Counted from the stretch's first letter, positions 1 through 10,387 are shown. The stretch is 64,000 nucleotides of DNA from Candidatus Borrarchaeum weybense (GCA_019057385.1 JAHQJS010000007.1:779685-843684); one strand, 5' to 3'. The notes: a model not told the origin generated them from the letters alone. A program made the numbers and translations.

Positions 1-1537
1 CGGCGAAATTCTGTTCGGCAAACCCACGAAATGTATTCACAACAAAGAAGCAAAGTACTAACGAATTGACAAATGATACCACATCATTAAAGTTTTTGAC
101 TATTTTTGCTTTACCTTCAGTGGCAAACCGACTGATACCCTTTATAACGCCTAATTCTGCAGCGGCATTATCTTTCTCTATTGAGGTGTCGTGTAAGCCT
201 TCTAAATGCGTGCATCCTCGATATGACGTGGCATAATCCAAACCCAAGCCCTTTTTGCCGCGTGGTTCATGCATTGGTGTCTCCAAGCCTTTTGTATGTA
301 GCGCAAATGATTCACCGTTTATCGAGTCCGCGAAACGTTTTACCCCTTCTGCAAGTTTATCTCCAATTCCTTCACGGACCGTAATTTTATCAAGTAATTT
401 GGAAATCCCTTCTTTCGAGCCCCAAGTTATTCCTTCTTGCCCCTTAACTAAGCCCCGCTCAGTAGCTTCCATCAGATACGCAATTACATTACCCGTGCTT
501 ATAGTATCCAGACCATAAGCATTACATTTTTGGTTTGCTAGTGCAATAAATGAGAGATCGTCATTTAAATGCAAAGATCCGAAAGCAGCAACAGTCTCAT
601 ACTCAGGTCCCCCATATTCTGGAACTACTTCTTCTCCAAGTGATGTTGTTCGAACTTCTCGTTTGCAACGGATAGGGCATGCTGTACAAGATGCTCTTCC
701 TACAAGGATCGTTTTGTTCATTGTGGTGCCAGTAATCTTCTCGACTCCTTCAAAACTTCCAAATTGATAATTTTTTGTTGGCAAAATACCCAAGAAACTT
801 AAAGCAGCAGCTCCCCCTGATGTTCCGTATTCACCCCACTCAATGGACTTGCTAAGCGTTTTTATGAAGCGGCGTCGTGCCTCATTGAAGCGTTTTTCAT
901 CAAATATAGGAATCTTAAGTTTAGGAGTCTCAAGCAATACGATGGCTTTAAGGTTTTTAGAACCCATTACCGCACCATGTCCACATCTACCCGCGGCACG
1001 ATTTCGGTCATTGATAATACATGCGATTCGAACGAGATTTTCTCCAGCGGGACCAATGCACGCAACTTTAGCATTTCGATATTTTTCCCGAAGTAGGTCT
1101 TGGGTTTCTCCCACTGTTTTGCCCCATAAAAAGCTTCCATCCTTTAACTCAGCAGTACCATCAATCACTGCAAGATATGTAGGGTGATCAGTCCTCCCAC
1201 GGATAATGATTCCATCGTAACCAGTTCTTTTAAGCTCATTGCCGAAATACCCACCTGCATAACTTTCACCTAGAAATCCTGTCAGTGGCGATTTTGACAT
1301 AACAGCATGACGCCCACTGCCTGCGACAGGTAAACCGTTCAGGGGCCCAGTCATAACGATCAGAAGATTATCACGAGAGAAAGCATCCCCCTCTTTAAAC
1401 TCTTCTAACATGATCTTGATTGCTATCCCTCGGCCTCCTAGATACTTTCTGAGGCTTTCATCTGAGACAGAATAGTCTTTGATTTTATCATTGCCTAAAT
1501 CAATATCCAAAAGTCTCCCAAACATCCCGCCAGGCAT
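1..1537 (-). CDS. aor: Aldehyde:ferredoxin oxidoreductase (tungsten AOR family), 3' end outside window
   Basis: Manual translation from ATG at 1537: MPGGMFGRLLDIDL...YLGGRG...MTGPLNG...KSPLTGFLGESYAGG...IGPAGENLVRIACIIND...AAGRCGHGAVMGSKNLKA, which are AOR family motifs. Not in the ORF track because it runs off the window. Confidence 0.92.
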   Translation of the reverse strand, partial: MPGGMFGRLLDIDLGNDKIKDYSVSDESLRKYLGGRGIAIKIMLEEFKEGDAFSRDNLLIVMTGPLNGLPVAGSGRHAVMSKSPLTGFLGESYAGGYFGNELKRTGYDGIIIRGRTDHPTYLAVIDGTAELKDGSFLWGKTVGETQDLLREKYRNAKVACIGPAGENLVRIACIINDRNRAAGRCGHGAVMGSKNLKAIVLLETPKLKIPIFDEKRFNEARRRFIKTLSKSIEWGEYGTSGGAAALSFLGILPTKNYQFGSFEGVEKITGTTMNKTILVGRASCTACPIRCKREVRTTSLGEEVVPEYGGPEYETVAAFGSLHLNDDLSFIALANQKCNAYGLDTISTGNVIAYLMEATERGLVKGQEGITWGSKEGISKLLDKITVREGIGDKLAEGVKRFADSINGESFALHTKGLETPMHEPRGKKGLGLDYATSYRGCTHLEGLHDTSIEKDNAAAELGVIKGISRFATEGKAKIVKNFNDVVSFVNSLVLCFFVVNTFRGFAEQNFA

Positions 1538-1706
1538 CTCAAACACCAGACTTTAATTATGTTAAGACAATTTTTTGCTGTTATCACAGTTATTGAATAT
1601 ATGCTACGACAGGTGAATTTTTAAATACAACTTCACTCTACATTCAGTTAAGAAAATTGTTTCACGAGTTACACCGCATCTTTATGCTTATGGAGGATAA
1701 TGAATA

Positions 1707-2468
1707 ATGTTTGCTCCACCTGAAACCGGCTACGACCGGGCAATTACAATCTTTTCTCCTGATGGGAGACTATTCCAAGTAGAATATGCTATAGAAGCCG
1801 TGAGGCGTGGAACCACTGCTATTGGACTTAGAGCTGCTAATGGTGTAGTGTTAGCAGTTGAAAAACGTATTCTTAGCAAACTTGTGGAAGAATTTACAAT
1901 TGAAAAAATCTTCAAAATAGATGAACATTCGGGCTGTGCGATAGCTGGATTAACGGCCGATGCTCGAATTCTTATTAACCAAGCTCGCGTGCAAGCTCAG
2001 ATTAATCGACTTACCTATGATGAAGATATCCCTATTGAGACTTTGACACGATATATAGGAGATTTAAAACAAAGATATACACAGACTGCTGGAGTAAGAC
2101 CCTTCGGTGTGAAACTATTGATCGCAGGAGTTGATGCAACCGGACCAAAATTGTATGTGACTGACCCAAGTGGGACCTACATAGGTTATCAGGCTGTCGC
2201 TATTGGTTCGGGCGAACAAACAGTTACAGAATTTTTGGAGAAGGAATTTAAGGAAAATGCTGATATCAACGATAATATTAAACTTGCTTTAAATGCATTG
2301 GCTCTAGTTGTTGAAAATGGACTAGAAGGAGGAGACGCGGCTCAAAAAGTCGAAGCAGCGATAATAGACACAGAAACAAGAACTTTCACCAAACTTTCTG
2401 ATGAAGAAATAAAAAAATTCGTTGATGCAGCTCAAAATGAGCGTCCAGATACTACTACTCCAATCTAA
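1707..2468 (+). CDS. psmA: Proteasome subunit alpha
   Basis: GYDRAITIFSPDGRLFQVEYA N-terminal signature; RPFG motif; GGAGG SD upstream. Confidence 0.97.
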   Translation: MFAPPETGYDRAITIFSPDGRLFQVEYAIEAVRRGTTAIGLRAANGVVLAVEKRILSKLVEEFTIEKIFKIDEHSGCAIAGLTADARILINQARVQAQINRLTYDEDIPIETLTRYIGDLKQRYTQTAGVRPFGVKLLIAGVDATGPKLYVTDPSGTYIGYQAVAIGSGEQTVTEFLEKEFKENADINDNIKLALNALALVVENGLEGGDAAQKVEAAIIDTETRTFTKLSDEEIKKFVDAAQNERPDTTTPI

Positions 2469-2539
2469 AATATTTTTCTTCTTTTGCAAGAGTTTTATCA
2501 TTTCATTTTTTGCTCAAAAACAATTTCTATTATTTTTGT

Positions 2540-3283
2540 TTAATTATGGCTTAGTTCTTCGATTATTTCTTTTAATCGCAACAGAATTTGTCCAAGCGGA
2601 TTCTTAGCTAGAAACGCAGTTGTAAGTGTTTCAGAAAGTTTACACACATACAATTTTATATCACTCTCTAAAGTCTTTCTAATGAAATCAGAAACATTGA
2701 AACTAGAGACGTGTTGCTGCACAAGGTCTAGTGCCATTTTTTCGTATTCTTTATCAACGTCAGCAAAGTTTCCAAAGACAAATTTATCTCCTTCAAAAAA
2801 TAGAATCTCAATTGTTCCTAGGTGTTTAATCTTTTCAAAAATTCTCTTCACAGTTTTGCATAAAACTTCATCTTGAATTTCATGTACATTAAAATCAATT
2901 GGTCGATCAGAATCGTTTCTAGGTGTCTTAGAATTTGGAAATGCTTTCTCAAGTTGTTTATGATACTTCTTAACGATCGTATTCAAATTCACTAAAACAG
3001 TTCCAATTGACTCATTTGTTATCAAGCTCACTACAACATCTTCAGCAATTTTGAAGACATAAAGTTGAGAATTAAGGTCAGTTAGTCCTCTTTGAATGAA
3101 GTCAGAGACATCCATGTTGGCAAAACTTCTCTTTACTATATCTACAGCAAGACTTTCATGTTCTTCATTGGTAAAAGATCCATGAAGAATCTCACCATTT
3201 GATGCTAAAAACATCACGCCAAAAGAGCTTAACGGCCCTAAATCTGATAAAATATTCACTAAAATATCCTTTGGAGATGACAT
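2540..3283 (-). CDS. Hypothetical protein with two tandem ~105-aa repeats (roadblock/longin/profilin-like fold suspected)
   Basis: Internal repeat: SLAVDIVKRSFANMDVSDFIQRGL..LYVFKIAE..IGTVLVNL vs KMALDLVQQHVSSFNVSDFIRKTL..LYVCKLSE..LGQILLRL; ATG at 3283 chosen as start. Confidence 0.6.
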   Translation of the reverse strand: MSSPKDILVNILSDLGPLSSFGVMFLASNGEILHGSFTNEEHESLAVDIVKRSFANMDVSDFIQRGLTDLNSQLYVFKIAEDVVVSLITNESIGTVLVNLNTIVKKYHKQLEKAFPNSKTPRNDSDRPIDFNVHEIQDEVLCKTVKRIFEKIKHLGTIEILFFEGDKFVFGNFADVDKEYEKMALDLVQQHVSSFNVSDFIRKTLESDIKLYVCKLSETLTTAFLAKNPLGQILLRLKEIIEELSHN

Positions 3284-3472
3284 GTGGCTCACTAAATAAG
3301 TAAACTCATTTAAAGGCAAGATTTCATCTTTGAAATATCATAAGTTAAAAGACAATATACTATATTAAGTATTTATACATGTCTTCAAAACACTTAATTC
3401 CTCTTCTATATATTCTATGGGCACAAACGAATCTAAAAATAAAAAAAAGAAAAGTAAAATTGAAAAAAGAGA

Positions 3473-3810
3473 TTACCAGAAACTGCGCGAATCTTTAAAC
3501 ATCTCTTCTAAATCTTTCGCAGTTACAGGTCTCGGCGAACAAGACAGAGTTCTTTGTTGTTCTAAAGTTCCTTGTACCAATTGAGGAATCTCTGATTCGT
3601 TATATCAGCTTTAATATCTTCATTCTCGATTATTGCCTTCACTTTCTCTGCAAGCCCAATTTCAACAATGTTTTTATCGGTAATAATTAGTGTATTCTTT
3701 ACGCCAAGTCTCTTTAATTCATAGCCCAGTTCATTTGTAGCGCCTATACCAAATTTAATAGAAGATGCAGATGTTGTAAAAATAATGTCTAATCCTGTAT
3801 CAATTGCCAT
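3473..3810 (-). pseudogene. Internally deleted Fe-dependent ADH / hydroxyacid-oxoacid transhydrogenase
   Basis: N-terminus MAIDTGLDIIFTTSASSIKFGIGATNELG... is joined out of frame to the C-terminus YNESEIPQLVQGTLEQQRTLSCSPRPVTAKDLEEMFKDSRSFW*; the central ~300 codons are missing compared with the paralogs at 11849-14558. Confidence 0.85.
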
Positions 3811-3998
3811 TTTTTTCCCTCTAAATCTTATAATTAGCAAATTACCCTTTGTGGTTTTATAATATTTCGTGTTAGAGCACTAGAATACGGTACAAGACTC
3901 TGAAAAACAATATTAGGAGTGAGTGCCTCAGTTATTTCACTTAAAAGAATTGAAAAATGAACGACTTTTAAGAAGGAACACATCTAAATGTCATTAAA

Positions 3999-4367
3999 TT
4001 ATGATTTGAGGAGCATATCAATTTCTTTAGGATCTAATTTTGGGCCTGCAGTTTCTCCAAACCAATATGGTTCCATTTGTGCTGATGGATCCTGTGAGGC
4101 TTCATACAAACGTTCAGATACCCATGTGTGATACGCTATATTCAACCATTCATTCGTATTCAATAGCTCATTTGTGAATTCGGTCATTTGAATCTTTAAC
4201 TTTATACCTACTTCTTCCCACTCTTCATAAACTGTTAATATCTTTTCATGGCTACCTTCACATGCTTCATAAGCTTTTTTGAGTTTATATTTCCATGCAA
4301 TGCCAACAATAATACCAAAAACCAGTCCTATGAGTCCTCCGTAAATTAATGACTCAATAGATACCAT
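3999..4367 (-). CDS. Hypothetical protein with N-terminal transmembrane helix
   Basis: Hydrophobic LIYGGLIGLVFGIIVGIAW followed by a basic KYKLKK stretch. Confidence 0.6.
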   Translation of the reverse strand: MVSIESLIYGGLIGLVFGIIVGIAWKYKLKKAYEACEGSHEKILTVYEEWEEVGIKLKIQMTEFTNELLNTNEWLNIAYHTWVSERLYEASQDPSAQMEPYWFGETAGPKLDPKEIDMLLKS

Positions 4368-4588
4368 TTTATCGCCTTTGTTTTACAAGAAAATTGAAGT
4401 TCTGCTTTTCCTAATTAATTTGCATTAAGAAAATTTGAGTGTATCGGTATGAAAATTCTAAAATATATTAAAATAAAATAGACTGATGCCTTTCTTTTTA
4501 GTTAGAATTAGGTAGTTTTGATTCAAAGTCAATCAATTTGATATATACAGGTATCTAAGATAATTATCAGTTCAATTTTGAAAAAAAC

Positions 4589-5824
4589 TTGGGCTGTGAT
4601 CATTTGAACAATAGTTTAAAGACAATACTTGAAGCAATTGAAGATAATAAAGAAGAATTAATTGAATTCTGTCGCGAAATCGTCAAAATTCCAAGTTATA
4701 GCGGCAAAGAAGAAACACTTGCTAAAGTAATCGCCAAATGGATGCATGAGTTCGAGTTTGATAATGTGATGACAGATGAACTTGGAAGTGTCATTGGATT
4801 TATTGAAGGAAAAGCAGGTAATGATCATCTACTTTTATTTGATGCCCATATGGATCATGTGAATGTTGGAAGGCGTGATGTTTGGGATTGTGAGCCTTTT
4901 GGAGCGATAATAAAAGATAATGCGATTTATGGACGTGGTGTAGTAGATATGAAGGGAGCACTTGCAAGCCAAATCTTTGCTCTCGGAATGATACGGAGAT
5001 ACGGAATTACACCACCAACTGATTTATGTATGGCTGCAGTGGTTTTTGAAGAATTAAACGAAGGACTGGCTGTAAAACATATTATAGAAAATATCGGAAT
5101 TACACCAAATTGTGTTATTCTTGGTGAGCCCTCAAATCTGAATCTATCGATAGGACAACGGGGTAGAGCAGAAATTGAAATAGTTACAAAAGGTAAAACG
5201 AGTCATGGTAGTATGCCTGAACTCGGAAAAAATGCGATTTATCCTATGACTTCTATTATCAATGAAATAAAAAAGTTAAATGAAAGACTTTCGTCACATC
5301 CGTTCCTAGGTAAAGGATCGGTAACCATAATTGATATTTCTAGTTCGCCAGGGGGAAATGTAGTACCTGATAAATGTCGAATTGTTGTCGATCGCCGTAT
5401 TATCCCTGGTGAAACAGAAGAAGTAGTAATCAACGAGATGCATGATGTAATAGAAAGTGTAAGAGAACAAATATCTGATGTGGAAGTTTCTGTTAGTATT
5501 ATTGATGAACCTGTGCAATTTTTTACGAAAAAAACACTCATTGATCATAAATATTTCCCTACATGGTATTTTGACCCTTCTACTCCTTTGATTCAAAAAG
5601 CAAAAGAGGTTCTTGAAAAATCAGTTGGTCAACATGTTAAAATCATAAAATGGCTTTTTTCAACTGATGGAGTCTACACAGCGGGCATAGCTAATATACC
5701 AACAATTGGATTTGGTCCAGGAGAAGAAGAACAGGCCCATACACCAAACGAGCATTTATCAATAGATGAATTAATTAAATCGGCTAAAGGCTACGCAGCA
5801 CTTGCATTGAGACTTCTACCTTAA
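4589..5824 (+). CDS. M20 family metallohydrolase (YgeY/DapE/ArgE-like)
   Basis: DAHMDHV, GRGVVDMKG, FEE, GEPS..GQRGR, HGSMPELG, GFGPG...AHTPNE. Confidence 0.9.
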   Translation: MGCDHLNNSLKTILEAIEDNKEELIEFCREIVKIPSYSGKEETLAKVIAKWMHEFEFDNVMTDELGSVIGFIEGKAGNDHLLLFDAHMDHVNVGRRDVWDCEPFGAIIKDNAIYGRGVVDMKGALASQIFALGMIRRYGITPPTDLCMAAVVFEELNEGLAVKHIIENIGITPNCVILGEPSNLNLSIGQRGRAEIEIVTKGKTSHGSMPELGKNAIYPMTSIINEIKKLNERLSSHPFLGKGSVTIIDISSSPGGNVVPDKCRIVVDRRIIPGETEEVVINEMHDVIESVREQISDVEVSVSIIDEPVQFFTKKTLIDHKYFPTWYFDPSTPLIQKAKEVLEKSVGQHVKIIKWLFSTDGVYTAGIANIPTIGFGPGEEEQAHTPNEHLSIDELIKSAKGYAALALRLLP

Positions 5825-5967
5825 AAAAATGATATCTGGTAATATTTGACCTTTTTAAACAAAGATATTTATTTCTCTTCCCTCATCGACAGATTATTTG
5901 ATTTATATAATACTTGAAAAGTAAGAAGAAAAAAAATTGTCATATCCTAAGAAGGATAGCATTTAGA

Positions 5968-6016
5968 ACGCAATTCCTCTCCCCCGTAAAAGGGGAGTTT
6001 CCTTGCGTTGATTCTT
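5968..6016 (-). mobile_element. Orphan IS200/IS605-type left-end hairpin remnant
   Basis: Minus strand CGCAAGGAAACTCCCCTTTTACGGGGGAGAGGAATTGCG resembles the left ends of the tnpB elements at ~42945-42996 and ~59440-59486. Confidence 0.65.
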
Positions 6017-6017
6017 T

Positions 6018-6301
6018 GAACATTTGGCTATAGATCAACTAATGAGCTACCTCATGTTTAAGTTATGAGGCTTCCTGCTTCAACCACAGACTCGATCCCC
6101 CATGTTGGGGTTACGGAGGTCTTATGTCCACAGGCGTGAATTCCCTACGCACCATAGGTACTTAATTACCCGCTTACCAAAAAATTATATAAACCCAACT
6201 TAATTTATCCCCATACTAAAGCGCTTGTACTTTCTTGCTTAGTTTTCGTAAAATCCGCTAAAGGTTATGCAGCTCTTGCTTTGGGATTATTATCATCTTG
6301 A
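6018..6301 (+). pseudogene. 3' remnant of a duplicate M20 hydrolase gene, split by a 206-bp insertion
   Basis: Joining 6018-6041 to 6248-6301 gives EHLAIDQL|VKSAKGYAALALGLLSS*, matching EHLSIDELIKSAKGYAALALRLLP* of the upstream gene. Confidence 0.88.
6042..6247 (-). mobile_element. Non-autonomous ORF-less IS200/IS605 derivative with left end, TATA-like motif, omegaRNA-like scaffold and right end
   Basis: Boundaries are fixed by restoring the M20 remnant. Inserted 3' of TTTAC. Contains GGGAATTCACGCCTGTGGA...TGAAGCAGGAAGCCTCATAACTTAAACATGAGGTAGCTCAT, typical of tnpB 3'/omegaRNA right ends. Confidence 0.82.
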
Positions 6302-6367
6302 ATGAATTTCTAAACCCCGATTAGATCGTGTGTAAACAGAATCTAAAGAGTAGAAAAAAGAGTAAAA

Positions 6368-6613
6368 TTAGTTTATCGTTCTGTAAATATTCTGTCTCAT
6401 ATCCTGCAAGTTTGGCAAACGCTGAATTAGATGTGCATCTAAAAGGATCTTTAAAGCGTAACGAACTGTTCTGGGAGCAAGTTTACATCCATTTTGAATA
6501 TCTTTTGCGGTAATTGGGCCCTGGTTCTTTATTAAATTATACACCGTTTTGGCACTTGGGGGGATACTCCTGGAAACATCTAATTCCTGTTTCACAACAG
6601 CCTCTGCAATCAT
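6368..6613 (-). CDS. Small archaeal winged-helix DNA-binding protein / transcription regulator
   Basis: PPSAKTVY..I...GPITAKDI...CKLAPRTVRYAL..L....LI.R..NLQDMRQ.IY pattern. Confidence 0.82.
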   Translation of the reverse strand: MIAEAVVKQELDVSRSIPPSAKTVYNLIKNQGPITAKDIQNGCKLAPRTVRYALKILLDAHLIQRLPNLQDMRQNIYRTIN

Positions 6614-6807
6614 TATCTTTCAACACCATAAAATTATTTTTTTATTAGGTTTTCATCGAATGTTCGCTTTTTTACGAACAATATTATTCGGTGACGACCG
6701 AATATATATAGTTTTTTGTTACGCGCGCGAAAAAGCGTAATAAGAGGGGGATGAAAACGTGATTATTTATAAAGAAATCAGACACTCGCAATACTAGCGC
6801 GCCATAT

Positions 6808-8373
6808 CTAGACCATCTTTTTACTTTTCCCTTGAAATCGTTGAAGTGCAATTAGTTTATTGATTCCTGTAAGCAGAGCTCTAATACTTGCCATGACAAT
6901 GTCATTATCCACACTTGTTGCACTTGCCTCTGTATCGTTAATTTCATCTCTTAGTTTCACCTGTACATCCACAGCTGATGATGTCCCCCCAGTAATTGCA
7001 TCAACATGATATTCTTCAAGTTTAATTCCTTCAAGAAGACCACCTTTTTCAATTGCTTTCATTGCTGCATCAACAGGTCCAACTCCTGAAGCAGTATGGA
7101 TTCTTTCTTCTCCGCGTACACTAAGAACCACAGATGATGTCGGAGTGATTTTGTTTCCAGTGAATGCAGTCAATGTCTTTAGCGTAAGGAAGTCCTCGCT
7201 TGGTAAATGAAGCACATCTTTTACAATGTCCCAGACATTTGAATCCGTGACTTTTTTTCCTTGATCACCATATTCTTTGATGCGTCGAAAGATGTGTTCT
7301 TCCTGCTCAGCAGTTACATGCAACCCTAACTCTGTTAAAATCGATTGGACAGCATGCCTTCCAGCATGTTTACCCAAGACAAATTGTCTTTTCCTGCCGA
7401 AAAATCCAGGATCCATTGGCTCGTAACATGCTTTATGGGCTAGTACGCCATGGACATGAATGCCAGATTCGTGAAGAAACGCATTTTTACCAACAATCGG
7501 CGCATTTAGTGGTAGATGGAATTTCATTAATCGTTCAATCTTCCGAGAGACTTCTGCAATAAGGTGTGGTTTGATATTACATGATATATTATGAAATCCA
7601 AGTAAACATGCTGCGACTTGCTCCAAACTAGCGTTTCCAGCACGTTCACCCATTCCATTGATACACACTTGTACAGTTTCTGCTCCCGCTTCCACAGCTG
7701 CTAGAGAATTGGCAGTTGCAAGTCCAAAGTCATTATGAGCATGGATGCTAAGGGGAACAAGAATAACCTTTTTTAGAGCATGAATATATGCATTGATTAC
7801 ACGTGGATTACACCTACCCGTTGTGTCAGGTAGCATAATTCGATCTGCGCCAGCGTCAACACCAGTCTTGTAAAACGTCTTTAAGAAATCAAGAGAGGTA
7901 CCGGTCGCATCTTCTGCACATAATTCAACCAATAAGCCATGATCCTTAGCATATTCGATGCATGTAACTATTTTATCCAGAACGGTTTCTTGAGTCATTT
8001 TGAGTTTATATTTGACATGCCACTCGCTAGTTGCAATGAAAGTAAGAACTGAATCAACATCACAACTAAGCACTGCATCAATATCCTTTTGAATTGCTCG
8101 AGCAAAGCCACAAATTTCTGCTTGTAGACCACAGTTAGCAATTGCTTTTACAGCTTCTATCTCGCCTTTTGACACAATAGGAAATCCAGCTTCTATTATA
8201 TCTACACCAAGCTGATCTAATTCTTGAGCTATTGCTACCTTCCGTTCAACATCGAGCGCAATTCCTGGTGTTTGTTCACCATCTCTTAAGGTTGTATCAA
8301 AAAAATTGACGTGTTTAGGAAGGGTAACAGCTGCAACTGATTCTTTAGATGCCACTTCATTTAATGGACTCAA
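6808..8373 (-). CDS. 2-isopropylmalate / (R)-citramalate synthase family (DRE-TIM plus LeuA regulatory domain)
   Basis: DTTLRDGEQTPG, HAHNDFGLA, GMGERAGNA, HESGIH, GKHAG, C-terminal GVGPVDA; leuA and cimA cannot be distinguished by eye. Confidence 0.9.
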   Translation of the reverse strand: MSPLNEVASKESVAAVTLPKHVNFFDTTLRDGEQTPGIALDVERKVAIAQELDQLGVDIIEAGFPIVSKGEIEAVKAIANCGLQAEICGFARAIQKDIDAVLSCDVDSVLTFIATSEWHVKYKLKMTQETVLDKIVTCIEYAKDHGLLVELCAEDATGTSLDFLKTFYKTGVDAGADRIMLPDTTGRCNPRVINAYIHALKKVILVPLSIHAHNDFGLATANSLAAVEAGAETVQVCINGMGERAGNASLEQVAACLLGFHNISCNIKPHLIAEVSRKIERLMKFHLPLNAPIVGKNAFLHESGIHVHGVLAHKACYEPMDPGFFGRKRQFVLGKHAGRHAVQSILTELGLHVTAEQEEHIFRRIKEYGDQGKKVTDSNVWDIVKDVLHLPSEDFLTLKTLTAFTGNKITPTSSVVLSVRGEERIHTASGVGPVDAAMKAIEKGGLLEGIKLEEYHVDAITGGTSSAVDVQVKLRDEINDTEASATSVDNDIVMASIRALLTGINKLIALQRFQGKSKKMV

Positions 8374-8659
8374 AAATAAAGTGATCCCTCATTTTTAGAC
8401 CTCTTTCGAGAAACTGGACTGAGTGTATAAAAAACTTTGGCTAAAAATTGTTGACCATGTTTACCTTTGACTACCTTTGTTTACGTAAATGGCAAGATTT
8501 TTAAGGAGACATATTATCTTTGATAAAAAAATATCATCAAAAAATACAGAAAAGAAGAGCATATTTTTACAAATGTCAAATTATTCTGAGTATTTTCATT
8601 CCTTCGTAAAGTGAGATCAGATTATTTCCAAAATTAAAAAGTTACAGATTAAGGAAAAG

Positions 8660-10387
8660 GTGAAAACGATTCAATTAGAAGCCATTGAGGAAACACAAAC
8701 AGATTCACCAGAATCGAAAGAGAGTATCATCCAAAATATGGAGGATATATGTAAAAGAATCGATCTAAATCGAGTTAGAAAAACAATTGAAGAATTATTT
8801 AATCAACCAAATGTTGCACATATTTCACCTGAACAAATCAAAGTAAAAGCAGAAGTATGTGGTAGAAAAACGAAATACCGTAATTACAATTTTATCTCTG
8901 CTGTAAAAAATCGGTCAGCCGGTCTTACGGTTTATCTTGGTAGTGCGGATGTGATTCAATCCGAATTAACTCCAAAACAGAGAGAAATATTAGCTCATGC
9001 TCCTGAAACGATTGATACTGTGTTAAAATATCTGCAGAAAGCACCGTTATTGTGTAACGTCAGAACTATGGGAAATAATCCAGAATTCACACCGACTTGT
9101 ACTCTTTATGTTTCTTTAGCTCGACCAGATTCCGTACGATTAGCTCACATGATGAACGGATCTTTGTTTGAAAATAGAGAAATGAAACCTCCGAGTCTGT
9201 ATATAATAGATCTTCCAGAATGGCATGAGAAAGATAGACAAGTAATTTGTCTACCTGAGATTGGCGTGACCTTCGTTTTAGGATCCGATTATTTTGGTGA
9301 AGTTAAGAAAGGGTTTTTGCGAATGGCTATGTGGTATGCCAAACAAAAGGGAATGCTAGGACTTCATGCAGGCGCGAAGTTAATAAAGGCGAGAGATCAC
9401 AAGACAGGAAGAATTAATAGATTTAATATGCTTATTTTTGGTTTAACCGCTACGGGCAAGACAACACATTCCTGCCATACACATGACTTGAATGAGCTTG
9501 GAGAAGGCATTGAGATAGCGCAGGATGATTTTGTCGCTGTAAAAAAAGATGGGTCAGTATTGGGAACTGAATGTGGCTTTTTCCTTAAAACAGAGGGGCT
9601 TACCTTACAGGATCAACCTTTGCTTTACAATGCGCTTATAAAGCCTCATACGACACTTGAAAATGTTTTAATTGATTATTTTGATGATGTTGATTTCTTA
9701 GACAACACTATCACAGGGAATGGACGCGCAGTAATCTTAAGGGAGGATTTAGATAAAGATTATATTAGTTCAGAAATCAACTTACCACCGCTTTCGAACG
9801 TTGATGGTGTGATCATACTGATGATCACTAGACGAAATACAGTAGTTCCAATCGTCTCAAAATTAAATGTAGAACAAACTGCTGCCGTTTTCATGCTTGG
9901 TGAATCAATAGAAACTTCTGGAAGTAATCCAGAAAGGGCTGGTGAATCTATTAGAGAAGTAGGGACAAACCCTTTCATAATCGGCAACAAGGCCGAAGAA
10001 GGCAATCGATTCTATGATATCCTCAAAAAATACCCAGGTAAAATCCATTGTTACTTAGCCAACACAGGTGGCGTAGGTGAAATAATGGAAAAAGATGCAA
10101 ACGGGAAGAAGATAATAAAACAAAAAGTATTGCGCGTCGAAATTTCAGAAATGGCAGCAATAATTCGAGGAATTGCAAGAAATTCCATTGAATGGGAAGA
10201 TGAACCATATTTCGGAGTTCAAGTACCCAAAAATGTACCAGACATTGATATTCGGAAATTTAATTTAGAACGATTTTACGCCAAAGAGCAGATTCTCACT
10301 TTAGTTCAAAATTTAAAACGAGAAAGGAAGAAATATATAGAGAAATTTCCAGAGCTTTACGAACAAATTAAAAACGCATTTATATAG
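8660..10387 (+). CDS. pckA: Phosphoenolpyruvate carboxykinase (ATP-type fold)
   Basis: YFGEVKKG, LHAG, GLTATGKTT P-loop, QDD, LENV, NGRA, GTNPF, NTG. Confidence 0.88.
   Translation: MKTIQLEAIEETQTDSPESKESIIQNMEDICKRIDLNRVRKTIEELFNQPNVAHISPEQIKVKAEVCGRKTKYRNYNFISAVKNRSAGLTVYLGSADVIQSELTPKQREILAHAPETIDTVLKYLQKAPLLCNVRTMGNNPEFTPTCTLYVSLARPDSVRLAHMMNGSLFENREMKPPSLYIIDLPEWHEKDRQVICLPEIGVTFVLGSDYFGEVKKGFLRMAMWYAKQKGMLGLHAGAKLIKARDHKTGRINRFNMLIFGLTATGKTTHSCHTHDLNELGEGIEIAQDDFVAVKKDGSVLGTECGFFLKTEGLTLQDQPLLYNALIKPHTTLENVLIDYFDDVDFLDNTITGNGRAVILREDLDKDYISSEINLPPLSNVDGVIILMITRRNTVVPIVSKLNVEQTAAVFMLGESIETSGSNPERAGESIREVGTNPFIIGNKAEEGNRFYDILKKYPGKIHCYLANTGGVGEIMEKDANGKKIIKQKVLRVEISEMAAIIRGIARNSIEWEDEPYFGVQVPKNVPDIDIRKFNLERFYAKEQILTLVQNLKRERKKYIEKFPELYEQIKNAFI

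Noticed and set aside
181-1187. Plus-strand ORFs 181-384, 255-518 and 843-1187, and similar short ORFs overlapping known genes throughout the window
   Set aside because: They are shadow ORFs of well-supported genes (here AOR).
4589-5824. Calling the M20 hydrolase LysK
   Set aside because: Its length and motifs fit YgeY/DapE-like enzymes at least as well, and it is not operonic with argX.
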